Assembly (NCBI GenBank): GCA_002633005.1
Contig: NMRA01000082.1
Location: 721,988-785,987, forward strand
Length of the DNA stretch: 64,000 nucleotides
From: Phoronis australis
Taxonomy: Eukaryota; Animalia; Phoronida
Reading direction: 5' to 3'
Part shown: positions 25,449-37,516 of the stretch, piece by piece
Layout: each line of letters starts with the position of its first letter
Numbering within the stretch: position 1 is the stretch's first letter
Program-made: the position numbers and the translations under genes
Notes under the pieces: generated by a model
What the model was told of the DNA's origin: nothing
Seen by the model: the letters and a program-made list of their open reading frames with translations, nothing else
Databases searched by the model: none

Positions 25449-28033
25449 CTTTGTCAAAGCTATTCTGCCTCTCCTTTATGTCTTAAATATTTACCCATTT
25501 GTTGGACTATGATATCACCGTTAATCTTTTCATTAACAATCGTCTCGTCGATATAGTTTTTTCCCAAATCAGTGAGCGTAACATGTGAAGAAAGCGATGT
25601 ACGTATTCATTTATTCATGTTCTCGTGTGTATATATATTGATTACAATAAACCACAACTTGTGTTATAAACAAATGTTTCATTCAAGCCACGTACATGTA
25701 CTGATTCGTCTCGTCTTTATCCTTACTCAGATTGGAAATGACCCCTAGGTGTGGCAAAAGCTAGTAGGTCATTGTTGCTTCAAATGACGCTCGAAAGTTG
25801 CGTATATACATACAAAAAGTATATAACGAAATTTCTATTCAGCCATCGTTTATTTAATGCCTCAGAATTGCATGCTTGTTCTAGACTCTTGCATAGGTGG
25901 GTGATTAATGTTTCGTGTCAGATTTCGCTTCATCTCCATTCGAGTCACGTGGTTCATTTGCGACTTTTTATTGCCATTTTCGTAAAATGACAGCAGGTGG
26001 CTGCCAAATGGATTAGTGATTTAATTTCGGTTGCCGTCACGCTCATGTTGTCGTGGACATACATATATGCAAATGGTTGGAACAAGCCTGCAATTCCGAT
26101 GCATATCTAACTAAAGTCTATACAAGCACCACGTTAACATTAAAATTGAGTTTGCTTCAAGCGTGGAGGGTATCGTTGGAGAGTTCCTATAGAAATTTGC
26201 ATACCAAATTTTATGAACACAGAAATGAAAAGTGATGAAGCATATGAAATCCCGGGGCTATACCTCTAATCTTAAGTGAAGGGTCGCTGAGAGCAGTACA
26301 GTGTGACCCTCTCGCCGGTGCCATCCCTTCTCGACACCAGCTGAAAACCTACCCTACAACACGCGGGCTACTAACATTCTCGAAATGGAAACCTGCCACG
26401 GATTTATATGTTACGATTTTGGGTCATCCCCCACGAAAGTCTAATCTGAACGACCGGCAAATTCGTGCCTTATATTTGCAGCAGATTGGGCTTATTAATT
26501 GGTAACTGTAGTTTATATGCAGGGATATTCTCCCGAAACAGGCTCCAAACTTGTGCTTATATTTATGTTTTGTAGTCGAGTTTGCGACCCGAACCTGGGC
26601 AACCTGTAAATTTCTATAGCGACAACGCGCTGTCTAGCACGCGCTGGGGAATGTATCATTGCTGCTTATCAGGTCTTTTTTGAATTATGTCTATTTGGAA
26701 CTCGACCAATTAAGTACACCGGCAATGGGAAAGAGTAGCTGCGCTATCGCCAGTCTTAGCTCAAGTAACTGCGGCTGCGACAATGGAAACAATATGTATA
26801 ATTACTTTCGCACGGGTAACACTGAGCAACGGTGGGAAACGCCGAGGGGAAACAAATACTCCTAAGAGTGAGCATTCATCGCAAGAGATAGAAATACTTC
26901 TTGAAAAGGCCGTGTTCAAAGCTTCAACCAGAACAGTCACTGTCAGATTTTAGTAGGCAAGGTGTGCAGCTGCGGGATTCTTTCCCCAGGCAATACAAAT
27001 TTCTTTCCAGAACATTTGACCCTGCCGTAACACAAAGTACAGTAATTAGAAAACTAAGAATGCATTTTAAATACTGTATAGTACACAAGTTGCATCATCA
27101 ATTTACATACGGAGGTAGAAAGCCAGCTAAGCTGTATGAAGACTATCGTCAACATACAGCTAGGTAGCTGTGTGTAGAGCTCCGTTAGACACCAAAATTT
27201 CACATTACCCCGGGTGTTCAGCTTGTCACCTCGTCGTGAAACTTAGAGCTAACAACCTACAGGGGTGCATGAAGAATCTGGGAATGAACCTACATTCATC
27301 TTGCCCGTAACACCCGTTTATAGAAGTAAAAAGACAATCTATTAAACGTTATTTTTCGTAAGTCTCCGCCTTTTGTAACAATGGAAAATCTGTGGTCGAT
27401 TTGAAAACAGTGCATACTTGTGACACGCGCACTTACGCGCCATTTCCGAAAAATTTGCGATATCTCTCGAGAGTTTTTCTGAAATTAAATTTTCTGATAA
27501 TAAAATAGTAAAAGTTTGTGATGAAATGAAACCACTTACGATTGTCATAACATGTATGCAACCTCGCATTTGATTGAATAACATGAAAATTGGCCAACAG
27601 TAGACGCAATGGCACCCAAAGAGCGCATCGCAATTTTAGCAGCAAAATAACTGAAGAACGCCAATTTTCCAACACCAAGGTAAATAATTTAGTTTACTCA
27701 AGGAAGAGTTAGAATTTTATAGCGAGGCATCATTAATTTTGGCGGCGACAGGCACGATGAGAAGCCGGAGGGAGTGAAATTAAGTCGACGGAATGATGTC
27801 ACCCAGGCCATTGATCCGACGAACTGACGTCACCAAGGCCAGTGTGATATCGGACACCCTCCCTCTGCATTCGCAAAAAAACGGCCCGCGAGAAAAAAAT
27901 AGAACACCTCGAATCCAAATAGGGGGCCCGGTACAGTACCTGGGACCAAGGCGGTGCCGAAACGAACTCGACGAATTTCAGTAATGGAGCGGGGAAGACG
28001 GAATTTGTGCAAACGATGCATTTTATATAATAG

Positions 28034-28660
28034 ATAACCAAAGGCAGCGTCTGCACCCTAGTCGTTATTTGCTGCATAACATTCGCCACATTTGTCTGTA
28101 TGACGAAAACTTACAGAAGTTGGTAAAAAATAAAATTGGCCGATGAGACTGACAAAACCGAACCAGAGGTCAACTATGCAAATAAACTGAAGAGGTCTCC
28201 GCAGAAATTACCTGGTTCTTATGACAGGTTCAAATTTGGAAAATATCAGCGTGAGTAGAGCACATGAAACAGCCGAGACGTCCACAGAGACATCTAGTGA
28301 ACGTGATTCAAACGTATCCGAAATGAAGAGCCATTCCTTCTACAAAGTTATAATTCTGCCTCTCTTTTGTGTCTTAAATATTGATATGTTTATTGAATTA
28401 TCTTATCACCGTTATTCGGTTCATCAACATTCGTATCGTCGTTATATTTTTCCCAAATCAGTGGGCGCAACATGTGAAGAAAGCGATTGTGTATATTTTT
28501 TCATATTCACGTGCATGACTACATTAAATGACAACTTGTGCCAAAGACAAATGTTTCACTTAGGCCACGTACTGATTGGTCTCGTCTTTATCCTTACTCA
28601 CATTGGAAATGACGCCTACAGTGTAGGTCCTTGTTGCTTCTGGTGACGCCTAAAAGTTGC
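28034..28660 (+). pseudogene. Degenerate duplicate of gene 1 terminal exon and 3' UTR
   Basis: Colinear with ~25145-25800 (shared gaggtcaactatgcaaataaa). The original acceptor is missing and there is an in-frame TAA at 28124-28126 just after the TM. Confidence 0.8.
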
Positions 28661-29564
28661 TCATCACAGTGTTATGTTTTCAGTCGACAAAGAAGAGTAT
28701 AAGTTACGGGAACTCCGGAGGCCCGTATTATGGGATTTTCCTTTTCATATCATAGAGCAAAATCGGGCAAACTTAGGACCCAAAAGCTTTAGACCGTTTC
28801 ATGAAATTTTTTTAAAATAAAGACCGGTCTAAAATAAGACCGAAATAAAGCTTGCTACAGGGTATTATTTTTATCTAAAATGACCAAAGCTTGAACACTT
28901 TGTCACTGTAAAATGTAGAATACATTTGTCGATATTCTTCAGAGTATTACATGTACAATATGTTCCTAAAGATGTCAGATTAAATATCGCCTGTTATCGT
29001 TTTAGAATCGTTAAAGGCAAAGTGATCTGACATACCACACTTGTGAAATGATATTTTCTTAGGCTTTACACTAATGACGTACCTTGTGTGCACATATAGC
29101 TCACATCATGCAGTGTTACACAGGGGCTTGGGTTTATCTGTTCCTCGATCGCAAATGATGTCACTCACTACTACATGTAAGAAAACATAAAGGTTGGACA
29201 CTCGAAATCTGTTTCCTAAAAATTGTCTACTCAAATGTGCCTGGAACTCCACGAAACTAGCATCAAACAACTGTTAGAATACCTTCTTTCATTTGATCTC
29301 TTCAAATTGCCTTCGAGTGGTGATTTGGCGACAAAAATGCCAAAAGAATGCCAAAATCACAAGTTCAAGGAAGTCATTCCGTCATGGCAGACGGTCTTCA
29401 CACATCCGGGTTTTTAACGGACGCTCCCGAGCTAAATCCGAAAGTCTACTTTCGCGCGCCGTCAATCCCTCGACTACTTGGTCATGAGAAGCAGAAAGCA
29501 CTATCATTGCCAAATAAATGTAACTACTCAGATATTTGTGTCAAATATAAAGAATCCTGATACA

Positions 29565-30433
29565 TATAGATTATTACATGGCGAAGTCGTTATCCCCCGT
29601 TATCTAGAGCCCGAGTGGATTTTCCAGAATTATCGCCTGAGGGGCGTTAGCCCCGAGGGTGATAATTCTCCAAAGTCCACGAGGGCTCTACATAAAAGGG
29701 ATAACGACTGAGAACATGTAATAATCTATTTATACCACATACTGAGCGAGAAACATTACAATGAATCGATCTACCTTTCTTGACTCGCCTCGGCTTTGTA
29801 ACTACTTTCTATGTCAGAGGGCCGGGGTCGGAGGTCGTGACCTTTTAAGAAAACCGGGTTATTTTTTCAAATAATGCTTTTACTCAAAACCAATTGAAAA
29901 CTTCAATATGATAGAAATAATTGAATTCATAAATTAAGGTTTACCAACTATTATAGTTTAACACACGTTTTTTTTCACGCTAAGCTTCAACCGGGAAATT
30001 ATCGTCTGCTAAAGTAGGTTACCACTGGTAACTGAATATAATTCTCAAGTCAAAGATCCTGACGACACGATACCCGCATTCAAACTGTAGATCGGTGATT
30101 TGTAAGTAAGAGGACATGAGAGAACATTTTCACTGAATTAAGATATCATTTTTGTGGAAATTATGTGTCTTATTTTTCGTAACGTATAAGTACAGTACAA
30201 TGCGGTTTGTTGAACATGCGATTATTGCGCGTGCTCATTTAAGTATTTTATTTTCACTCGTGATGACGTCAGCCGCTGCTTGGTGTAGTGGTAAAGTCGG
30301 CGACCAGCAATTTCAGGGTCCCGGGTTCGACTCCGTCCTCGGTTTCCCGCCAAATCGTTATCTCACTAGGGAGTTAACTTTATGGGTTATTACACGATTG
30401 TATCTGCCATTTGACGCTAATATTGTGATATAA
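29565..30433 (+). repeat. Dispersed repeat with ~165-bp palindromic head and internal tRNA-like segment (copy 2)
   Basis: Hairpin atagattattacatg...catgtaataatctat (29565-29730). A-box tggtgtagtggtaa and B-box ggttcgactcc at ~30272-30345. Confidence 0.8.
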
Positions 30434-30755
30434 TGTATTGATATGCGGTACTGTGATTTCTTATGAAAATTTTACTTTTGGCCAAAACCATTGAGTTAAC
30501 TCGTCGGCCACGCGCATTGTAATACTTGCACGGACTGCGTTTCCTGGCCGAGTGTGTGTTGTGCTTCAATAAAAAAAGTGCGTGATGTCAAGATGAGAAA
30601 CAAGATACGCCAGTTTATGCAAAAAATCTAAGTTAAGGCTAAAATGAGCCGTCAGTGGAATAAAGTTACAAATAATCATTAAAATACTAACTTTGAAATT
30701 CTCAATTAGTTGAGTTTTGGATTAGAATTATTGAATTTGAAATATAGGTTGCTTG

Positions 30756-33700
30756 CAAACTCAAACTTGGTNCCCCCATTGCAATATCAGAAAAATTGTG
30801 CCAAGATGAACTACGGTTTTTCGAAGTCATATGTTCATCACCAATAACCTGAAGACTACCAAACCGAGACATTTTCAAAGCAAGGTTAAGGGCAAATTTT
30901 CAAATGCGTCTTATTTGTAGGTCCCTGTCTCCTGCGGGGTCAAGGTTTAAGGTCAACGTTACAGACTACCCCCCCCCCAATTTTCCAAATTAAGTCCTCT
31001 GCCGTGACCTTATTAGGGTTCGCCAGAAGTGGCGACTTACGTTTTTGGAGTCAGTGAGTAAAAGGCTATCCAACGATGAAAGAAGTTTTGAAATCGGGGT
31101 CAAAAAAATTTAGGCGTGAAAAGGCTCTCAAAATGACGTCTTTCAACTTTGATCTTGCCGTGTGACCTCATTAATGATCCAATAAACCTCAAACTTGGTA
31201 GGCCTTAGTTTCTCGGCATTCTTCGTCCATCTGGGAAACAATCTTTGTAATTGGAGACAAAAAAATCTTTCAGCCACCAAAAACACCTGGCCTTGGTTTT
31301 TTTTTGGTCGAAAACCTTTTTGTCTTCGATTTTAAAAATTCTTTATGCATCTAATAGCCCCTTGTCTATTCCCTCTACAAATGGAGGTATCATACTTTTA
31401 TTGGCCTTAGTAAGGGCCAAGGAGAACCCTAAACTCACATACCCCCTTCGCAATATCAGAAAAGTTGTGCCAAGATGAACTACGTTTTTTCGAAGTCATA
31501 TGTTCATGACTAATAACCTGAAGACTACCAAACCGAGACATTTTCAAAGCAAGGTTAAGATCAAGTTTTCAAATGCGTCTTATATGTAGGTCCCTGTGTC
31601 CTACGGGGTCAAGGTTTAAGGTCAACGTCACAGACTACCTCCCCAATTTTCCAAATTTAGTCCTCTGCCGTGACCTTATTAGGGGTCACCAGAAGTGGCG
31701 ACTTACGTTTTTGGAGTCAGTAAGTAAAAGGCTAACCAACGATGAAAGAAGTTTTGAAATCGGGGTCAAAAAATATTTTAGGCGGGAAAAAGGTCTCAAA
31801 ATGACGTCTTTCACTTTTGATCTTGCCGTGTGACCTCGTTAATGATCCAATCATACTCAAACTTGGTAGGCCTTAGATTCTCGGCATTACTCGTCCAATT
31901 GGGAAAGAATTTTTGTAATTGGAGACAAAAATTTTTTCGGCCCCCAAAATCCCCTGGACTACATGTATAGGCCTAGAATATTTTTGGTCGAAAACCTTAT
32001 TGTCTTCGATTTTAAAAATTCTTTATGCATCTAATAGCCCCTTTTCTCCCCCCTCTACAAATGGAGGTATCATACTTTTCTTGGCCTTAGTAAGGGCCCA
32101 GGAGTGCCCCAAATTCACATACCCCCTTTGCAATATCAGAAAAGTTGTGCCAAGATAAACTACGCTTTTTCCAGTCATATGTTCATGACCAATAACCTGA
32201 AGACTAACAAACTGAGACATTTTCAAAGCAAATTTAAGGGCAAGTTTTCAAATGCGTCTTATTTGTAGGTCCCTGTCTCCTGCGGGGTCAAGGTTCAAGG
32301 TAAACGTCACAGACTACTACCTAAATGTCCAACATTAGTCCTCTGCCGTGACCTTATTAGGGCTCACCAGAAGTGGCGTCTTACGTTTTTGGAGTCAGTA
32401 AGTAAAAGGCTATCCAACGATGAAAGAAGTTTTGAAATCGGGGACAAAAAAATTTTAGGCGGGAAAAAGGTCTCAAAATGACGTCTTTCAAATTTGATCT
32501 TGCCGTGTGACCTCATCACTTATGCAATCAAACTCAAACATAGTAGGCCTTAGTTTCTCGGCATTCCTCGTTCATCTGGGAAAGAATTTTGTAATTGGAG
32601 ACAAAAAATTTTTCGGCCCACAAAATCCCCTGCACTATAGGCCTAGGATTTTTTTTGGTCGAAAACCTTTTTGTCTTCGATTTTAAAAATTCTTTGTGCA
32701 TCTAATAGCCCCTTGTCTATTCCCTCTACAAATGTAGGTATCATACTTTTCTTGGCCTTAGTAAGGGCCAAGGAGTACCCCAAACTCACATACCCCCTTC
32801 GCAATATCAGAAAAGTTGTGCCAAGTTGAACTACGGTTTTTCGAAGTCATATGTTCATGACCAATAACCTGAAGACTACCAAACCGAGACATTTTCAAAG
32901 CAAGGTTAAGGTCACGTTTTCAAATGCGTCTGATATGTAGGTCCCTGTGTCCTGCGGGGTCAAGGTTTAAGGTCAACGTCACAGACTACCTCCCCAATTT
33001 TCCAAATTTAGTCCTCTGCCGTGACCTTATTAGGGCTCACCAGAAGAGGCGACTTACGTTTTTGGAGTCAGTAAGTAAAAGGCTATCCAACGATGAAACA
33101 ATTTTTAAAATCGAAGACAAAAAGGCTTTCGATCGAAAAAAAACCTAGGCCTATAGTCCAGGGTTTTTTTGGGAAAAAAATGTCTACAATTACAAAAATT
33201 CTTTTCAGATGGACGAGGAATGCCGTGAAACAAAGGCCTACCAAATTTGAGTTTGATTGGATCATTAATGAGGTCACACTGCAAGATCAAATTTGAAAGA
33301 TGCATTTTGAGATCTTTTTACCTCCTAAGTTTTTTTGACCCTGATTTCAAAACTTCTTTCATTGTTGGATAGCCTTTTACTGACTGACTTAAATACATCA
33401 GTTGCCACTTCTGGTGAGCCCTAATAAGGTCAAGGCAGAGGACTAAAGTTGGAAAATTGGGGGGTAGTCTGTGACGTTGACCTTAAAACTTGAACCCGCA
33501 GGAGGCAGGGACCTACAAATAAGACGCATTTGAAAGCTTGGCCTTAACCTTGCTTTGAAAATGTCTCGGTTTGGTAGCCTTCAGGTTATTGGTCATGAAC
33601 ATATGACTTTGAAAAACCGTAATTCTTCTTGGCACAACTTTTCTGGTATTGTGAAGGAGGTATGTGAGTTTGGGCCACTGCTGGGCCCTTACTAATGCCA

Positions 33701-36700
33701 CGAAAAGTATGATACCTACATTTGTAGACTGGGGAGACAAGGGGCTATTAGATGCACCAAGAATTTTTAAAATCGAAGAAAAAAAGGTTTTCGACCAAAA
33801 AACCTAGGCCTATAGTCCAGGGGTTTTTAGGGCCGAAAAAAATTTTGTCTCCAATTACAAAAATTCTTTCCCAGATGGACGAGGATTGCCGAGAAACTAA
33901 GGCCTACCATGTTTGAGTTTGATTGGATCATTAATGAGGTCACACGGCAAGATCAAATTTGAAAGACGTCATTTTGAGACCTTTTTCTCGCCTAAAAGTT
34001 TTTTGACCCCGATTTCAAAACTTCTTTCTTCGTTGGATAGCCTTTCACTTACTGACTCCAAAAACGTAAGTCGGCACTTCTGGTGAGTCCTAATAAAGTC
34101 ACGGCAGAGGACTAAAGTCGGAAAATTGGGGGGGTATTCTGTGACGTTGACCATAAACTTTGACCCCGCAGGAGACAAGGACCTACAAATAAGACGCATT
34201 TGAAAACTTGCCCTTAACCTTCCTTTGAAAATGTCTCGGTTTGGTAGTCTTCAGGTTAATGGTCATGAACATATGATTTCGAAAAACCGTAGTTCATCTT
34301 GGCACAACTTTTCTGATATTGTGAAGGGGGTATGTGAGTTTGGGGCACTCCTGGGCCCTTACTAATGCCAAGAAAAGTATGAAACCTGCATTTGCCGAGG
34401 GGGGGAGACAAGGGGCTATTAGATGCACAAAGAATTTTTAAAATCGAAGACAAGAAGGTTTTCGACCAAAAAAAAACCTAGGCCTATAGTCTAGGGGCTT
34501 TTGGGTTCCTAAAAAAATCTTGTCTCCAATTACAAAAATTCTTTCCCAGATGGACGAGGGGTGACGAGAAACTAAGGCCTACCTATTTTGAGTTTGATTG
34601 AATCATTAATGAGGTCACACGGCAAGATCAAAGTTGAAAGACGTCATTTTGAGACCTTTTTCCCGCCTTAAATTTTTTTGACCCCGATTTCAAAACTTCT
34701 TTCATCGTTGGATAGCCTTTTACTTACTGACTCCAAAAACGTAAGTCGCCATTTCTGGTGAGCCCTAATAATGTCACGACAGAGGAATAAAGTTGGAAAA
34801 TTGGAGGGGGGTAGTCTGTGACGTTTACCTTAAACCTTGACCCCGCAGGAATCAGGGACCTACAAATATGACGCATTTGAAAACTTGCCCTTAACCTTGC
34901 TTTGAAAATGTCGCGGTTTGGTAGTCTTCAGCTTATTGGTCATGAACATATGACTTCGAAAAACCGTTGTTCATCTTGGCACCACTTTTCTGATATTGTG
35001 AATGTGGTACGTGAGTTTGGGGCAATCCTGGGCCCTTACTAAGGCCAAGAAAAGTATGATACCTACATATGCAGACGGGGGAGACCAGGGGCTATTAGAT
35101 GCACACAGAATTTTTGAAATCGAAGACAAAAAGGTTTTCGACCAAAGAAAAACCAGGGGTTTTTGGGGGCCGGAAAAAAAATTGCATCCAATTACAAAAA
35201 TTCTTTCCCAGGTAGACGAGTATTGCCGAGAAACTAAGGCCTACCAAGTTTGAGTTTGACTGGATCATTAATGAGGTCACACGGCAAGATCCTATTTGAT
35301 AGACGTCATTTTGAGACCTTTTTCCCGACTAAAATTCTTTTGACCCCGATTTCAAAACTGCTTGCATCGTTGGGTAGCATTTTACTTAATGACTCCAAAA
35401 ACGTAAGTCGCCACTTCTGGTGAGCCCTAATAATGTCACGGCAGAGGACTAAATTTGGAAAATTGGGGGGAGGTAGTCTGTGACGTTGACCTTAAACCTT
35501 GACCCCGCAGGAGACAGGGACCTACAAATAAGACGCATTTGAAAACTTGCCCTTACTCTTGCTTTGAAAATGTCTCGGTTTGGTAGTCTTCAGGTTATTG
35601 GACATGAGCATATGACTTCGAAAAACCGTAGTTCATCTTGGCACAACTTTTCTGATATTGTGAAGGGGTTATGTGAGTTTGGGCACTCCTGGGCCCTTAC
35701 TAAGGCCAAGAAAAGTATGATACCTATATTTGTAAAGGGGGAGACAAGGGGCAATTAGATGCACAACCAATTTTTGAAATCGAAGACAAAAAGGTTTTCG
35801 ATCAAAAAAAACCTAGGCCTATAGTCCAGGGGTTTTTGGGGGCATAAAAAAATTTTGTCTCCAATTACAAAAATTCTTTGCCAGATCGACGAGCAATGTC
35901 GAGAAACTAAGTTCTACAAACTTTGAGTTTGATTGGATCATTAATGAGGTCATTCGACAAGATCAAATTTGAAATACGTCATTTTGAGACCTTTTTCCCG
36001 CTTAAAATTTTTTGACCCCGATTTCAAAACTCCTTTCATCGTTGGATAGCCTTTTTTTTACTGACTCCAAAAACCTAAGTCGCCACTTCTGGTGAGCCCT
36101 AATAAGGTCACGGCAGAGGACTACAGTTGGAAAATTGGGGAGGGGGTGGTAGTCTGTGACGTTGACCTTAAACCTTGACCCCGCAGGAGACAGTGACCTA
36201 CAAATAAGACGCATTTGAAAACTTGCCCCTAACCTTCCTTTGGAATTGTCTCGGTTTGGTAGTCTTCAGGTTACTGGTCAAGAACATATGACTTCGAAAA
36301 AACCGTAGTTCATCTTGGCACAACTTTTCTGATATTGTGTAGGTGGTATGTGAGTTTGGGGCACTCCTGGGCCCTTACTAAGGCCAAGAAAAGTATGATA
36401 ACTACATTTAAAGAGGGGGCTAGAGAAGTTGCTATTAGATGCACAAAGAATTTTTAAAATCGAAGACAAAAAGATTTTCGACCAAAAAAAACCTAGAACT
36501 ATAGTCCAGGGGTTTTTGGCTGCCGATAACTTTTTTTGTCTCCAATTACAAAAATTCTTTGCCAGATGGACGAGGAATGCCGAGAAACTAAGGCCTACCA
36601 AGTTTGAGTTTGTATGGATCATTAATGAGGTCACGCGGCAAGATCAAAATTGAAAGACGTCATTTTGAGACCTTTTTCCCGCCTAAAATTTTTTTGACCC

Positions 36701-37516
36701 CGATTTCAAAACTTCTTTCATCGTTGGATAGCCTTTTACTTACTGACTCCAAAAGCGTAAGTCGCCACTTCTGGTGAGCTCTAATAAGATCACGGCAGAG
36801 GACTAAAGTTGGAAAATTGGGGGGTAGTCTGTGACGTTGACCTTAAACCTTGACCCCGCAGGAAGCAGGGACCTACAAATAAGACGCATTTGAAAACTTG
36901 CCCTTAACCTTGCTTTGAAAATGTCTCGGTTTAATAGTCTTCAGGTTATTGGTCATGAACATATGACTTCGAAAAACCGTAGTTCATCCTGGCACAACTT
37001 TTCTGATATTGTGAAGGGGGTATGTGAGTTTGGGGCACTCCTGGGCCCTTACTAAGGCTAAGAAAAGTATGATAACTACATTTGTAGAGGGGGGAGACAA
37101 GGGGCTATTAGATACACAAAGAATTTTTAAAATCGAAGACAAAAAGGTTTTCGACCAAAAAACAACCTAGGCCTATATATAGTCCAGGTGTTTTTGGGGG
37201 TCGAAAAACTTTTTGTCTCCAATTACAAAACTTCTTTGCCAGATGGACGAGGAATGACGAGAAACTAAGGCCTACCAAGTTTGAGTTTGATTGGATCATT
37301 AATGAGGTCACACGGCAAGATCAAAGATGAAAGACGTCATTTTGAGACCTTTTCCCCGACTAAAATTTTTTGACCCCGATTTCAAAACTTCTTTCATCGT
37401 TGGATAGCCTTTTACTTACTGAATCCAAAAACGTAAGTCGCCACTTCTGGTGAGCCCTATTAAGATCACGGCAGAGGACTATATTTCGAAAATTGGGGGG
37501 TTAGTCTGTGACATTG
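30756..37516. repeat. ~670-bp satellite array, ~10 units; forward 30756-33098, reverse 33099-37516
   Basis: Marker ttgtgccaag recurs at ~30796, 31466, 32146, 32817. The reverse-complement marker tttt(a/g)aaatcgaaga recurs at ~33102, 33765, 34436, 35112, 35772, 36452, 37125. Confidence 0.95.

Noticed and set aside
23693-30345. tRNA genes at 23693-23765 and 30272-30345 (also 9535-9605)
   Set aside because: A/B boxes are present, but stems are poor and the anticodon arms differ between copies. They are embedded in repeats.
30756-37516. Repeated ORFs (MRLICRSL..., MTSLMIQS...) suggesting a gene array, or a CRISPR-like array
   Set aside because: Stops and frameshifts differ between units, and there are no unique spacers or cas genes. 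This is a non-coding satellite.
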